From an uncultured Rhodospirillaceae bacterium (GTDB lineage: Bacteria > Pseudomonadota > Alphaproteobacteria > UBA8366), in NCBI GenBank assembly GCA_964408805.1, contig CAYPAV010000001.1, positions 408,779 through 472,778 of the forward strand: DNA of 64,000 nucleotides, written 5' to 3'. Both the position numbers and the translations under genes were made by a program. Of the stretch, positions 62,806 through 64,000 are shown piece by piece; position 1 is the first letter of the stretch, and each line of letters starts with the position of its first letter. Under the pieces are notes generated by a model. It saw nothing but the letters and a program-made list of their open reading frames with translations, was not told the DNA's origin and ran no database searches.

Positions 62806-64000
62806 TCAGGCGGCGAGCAGCTCCGCGGATTTGGCCCGCGCCGCCGCCGCTTCTTCATTCGCCTCCGCGGCATCGAGCGCATCCGCATAGAGCGCCCAGG
62901 AGGGGCCGCTCGTCGGATTGACGGTTGTGCGCTCGGCCAGGAGGGCACGGGCAAGACTGTCCCGACCGTCCTTGATCGCCGCATGGATCAGCATCCGCAC
63001 CCAGACATCGCGCTGTGCGTGGCTGCCGCCGAGCGGCACCATGCGATAACGCGTATCCATCATGATCTCGATCACCCGGGCGTAATCACGGTCGGCATGG
63101 GCGAGAATCGCTTCGGCGACCGGAATGCCGGCATTGCGATAGACGCCGGCGACCGTCACGGCGTCGCCCGGATTGTCCGCGGCGAAAGCGCGCATCGAGG
63201 CCAGCATCTCGTCCGCTTCCGCGCGCCGCCCAGAGAGGGCCAGCGCCATGATGTAATGCAGATCATTGAAGGGGCGAAGGCGGTGGTCTATGCGGCCGGC
63301 GGAAATCTCCGCGACCGGTTGCCAGCGGTCGCCCACATCGAGCCCCAACATATCGAGACGCATCAGCATGCCGGCCGCGTTGCAGATATCGGTGTTGTCT
63401 TCCGAGGGCTCGGCCCAGAACTCCTCGTCGAAGGCGGCCATCACCTTGTCGAATTGTTCCAGCTCCAAATAGCAGAGTGCGCGGTGCCACCACATATGAT
63501 GCGCGAAGAGGCCGCGTTCGCGCCAGACCGCCTGGTGTTCGTCGACCCAGTTCATGCCTTCCTGGCGGCGGCCCTGCATCTCCAATACGTGGGAGACCGC
63601 GTGGCCGGCCCAAATGTCCTGCTCGTTGATCTCGACGGCGCGCTTTCCGATCGGCTCCGCCGCCGCGTATTCTCCGTTCTCCTCCAAGGCAAAGGACCGG
63701 CAGCCGAGCACGAACCCGTAGCCCGGCATCGACTCGTCCCAGCGCGGCATCACGCGGGCCGTCGAATCCCGCATCAGTGGCAGATCGCCGATGAAGAAAT
63801 GCAGGAAGTTCGCCAGCTTGATCGCCAGGATATCATGCGGGTGATCGACCAGGATCGCATCCCAGATAGCGTTGGTCCGCCGCAGATCGCCGGCGCACCA
63901 GGCGCCGAGAGCGGCCACATGCATCCGTTCACGCTCGCTGCCCTGATCGGCCATGGCTTCCGCCTTCGCAAGGGCGTCGAAGCTCTGCTCGGTCAGATGG
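62806..64000 (-). CDS. Tetratricopeptide-repeat protein, TTC38-like (N-terminus outside the window)
   Basis: The frame stays open upstream of ATG 63954 to the window edge (..HLTEQSFDALAKAEAMADQG..). Helical repeat protein with RERMHVAALGAW..W.AILVDHPHDILAIKLA, as in the TTC38 family. Confidence 0.65.
   Translation of the reverse strand, partial: HLTEQSFDALAKAEAMADQGSERERMHVAALGAWCAGDLRRTNAIWDAILVDHPHDILAIKLANFLHFFIGDLPLMRDSTARVMPRWDESMPGYGFVLGCRSFALEENGEYAAAEPIGKRAVEINEQDIWAGHAVSHVLEMQGRRQEGMNWVDEHQAVWRERGLFAHHMWWHRALCYLELEQFDKVMAAFDEEFWAEPSEDNTDICNAAGMLMRLDMLGLDVGDRWQPVAEISAGRIDHRLRPFNDLHYIMALALSGRRAEADEMLASMRAFAADNPGDAVTVAGVYRNAGIPVAEAILAHADRDYARVIEIMMDTRYRMVPLGGSHAQRDVWVRMLIHAAIKDGRDSLARALLAERTTVNPTSGPSWALYADALDAAEANEEAAAARAKSAELLAA

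Noticed and set aside
1-64000. Scan for tRNA, rRNA, CRISPR arrays, IS elements, integrases, toxin-antitoxin or known defence-system genes
   Set aside because: None recognised by eye in any intergenic gap or ORF. All gaps larger than 100 nt were read on both strands. A formal tRNAscan/Infernal/ISfinder run is still advisable.

Overview
High-GC (roughly 65%) chromosomal segment whose gene content and order look alphaproteobacterial: a split F0 atp operon with both b and b', plant-type gshA, a ctaC-ctaD-ctaB-(small ORF)-ctaG-ctaE-DUF983-SURF1 cluster, and type-II thrB. About 60 protein genes are supportable and most are housekeeping. They are: smc (3' part), atpI-B-E-F'-F, an IlvD/Edd dehydratase, pmbA, leuA, ubiD, ubiA, rsmE, gshA, tldD, the aa3 oxidase cluster, an M32 carboxypeptidase, MscS, thrC, an M16 peptidase, a ScsB/DsbD-like protein, a Prx5 peroxiredoxin, rnhA, thrB, a CDGSH protein, gcvT-H-P behind a tandem glycine riboswitch, a DUF898+M48 pair, a multicopper oxidase, a CoA-transferase, two acyl-CoA dehydrogenases and Hsp20. 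I saw no rRNA, tRNA, CRISPR array, transposase, integrase or phage gene. The items most worth a second look are: (1) a tightly coupled, functionally unassigned minus-strand operon at 57150..>64000 (TTC38-like TPR protein, MDR ene-reductase, an internally duplicated unknown protein, DUF1446/AtuA-like, DUF4387, two-domain OYE reductase); (2) a divergent module at 13270..16363 pairing a secreted selenium-binding-protein/methanethiol-oxidase-like beta-propeller with a His-rich cupredoxin-like protein and a polytopic membrane protein predicted to mature with an N-terminal His; (3) a membrane 2Fe-2S class III nucleotide cyclase whose GTG start overlaps the ubiA stop; (4) a small lipoprotein gene interrupted by an in-frame TAG. 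Several candidate cis-elements are also listed: a RegA/PrrA-type box before ctaC, a palindromic operator before the peroxiredoxin, a ROSE-like SD-masking helix before hsp20, and a 13-nt direct repeat in the leuA leader. Family assignments come from motif recognition by eye, with no similarity search or HMM run. Starts were re-picked manually using SD motifs and 4-nt stop/start overlaps.
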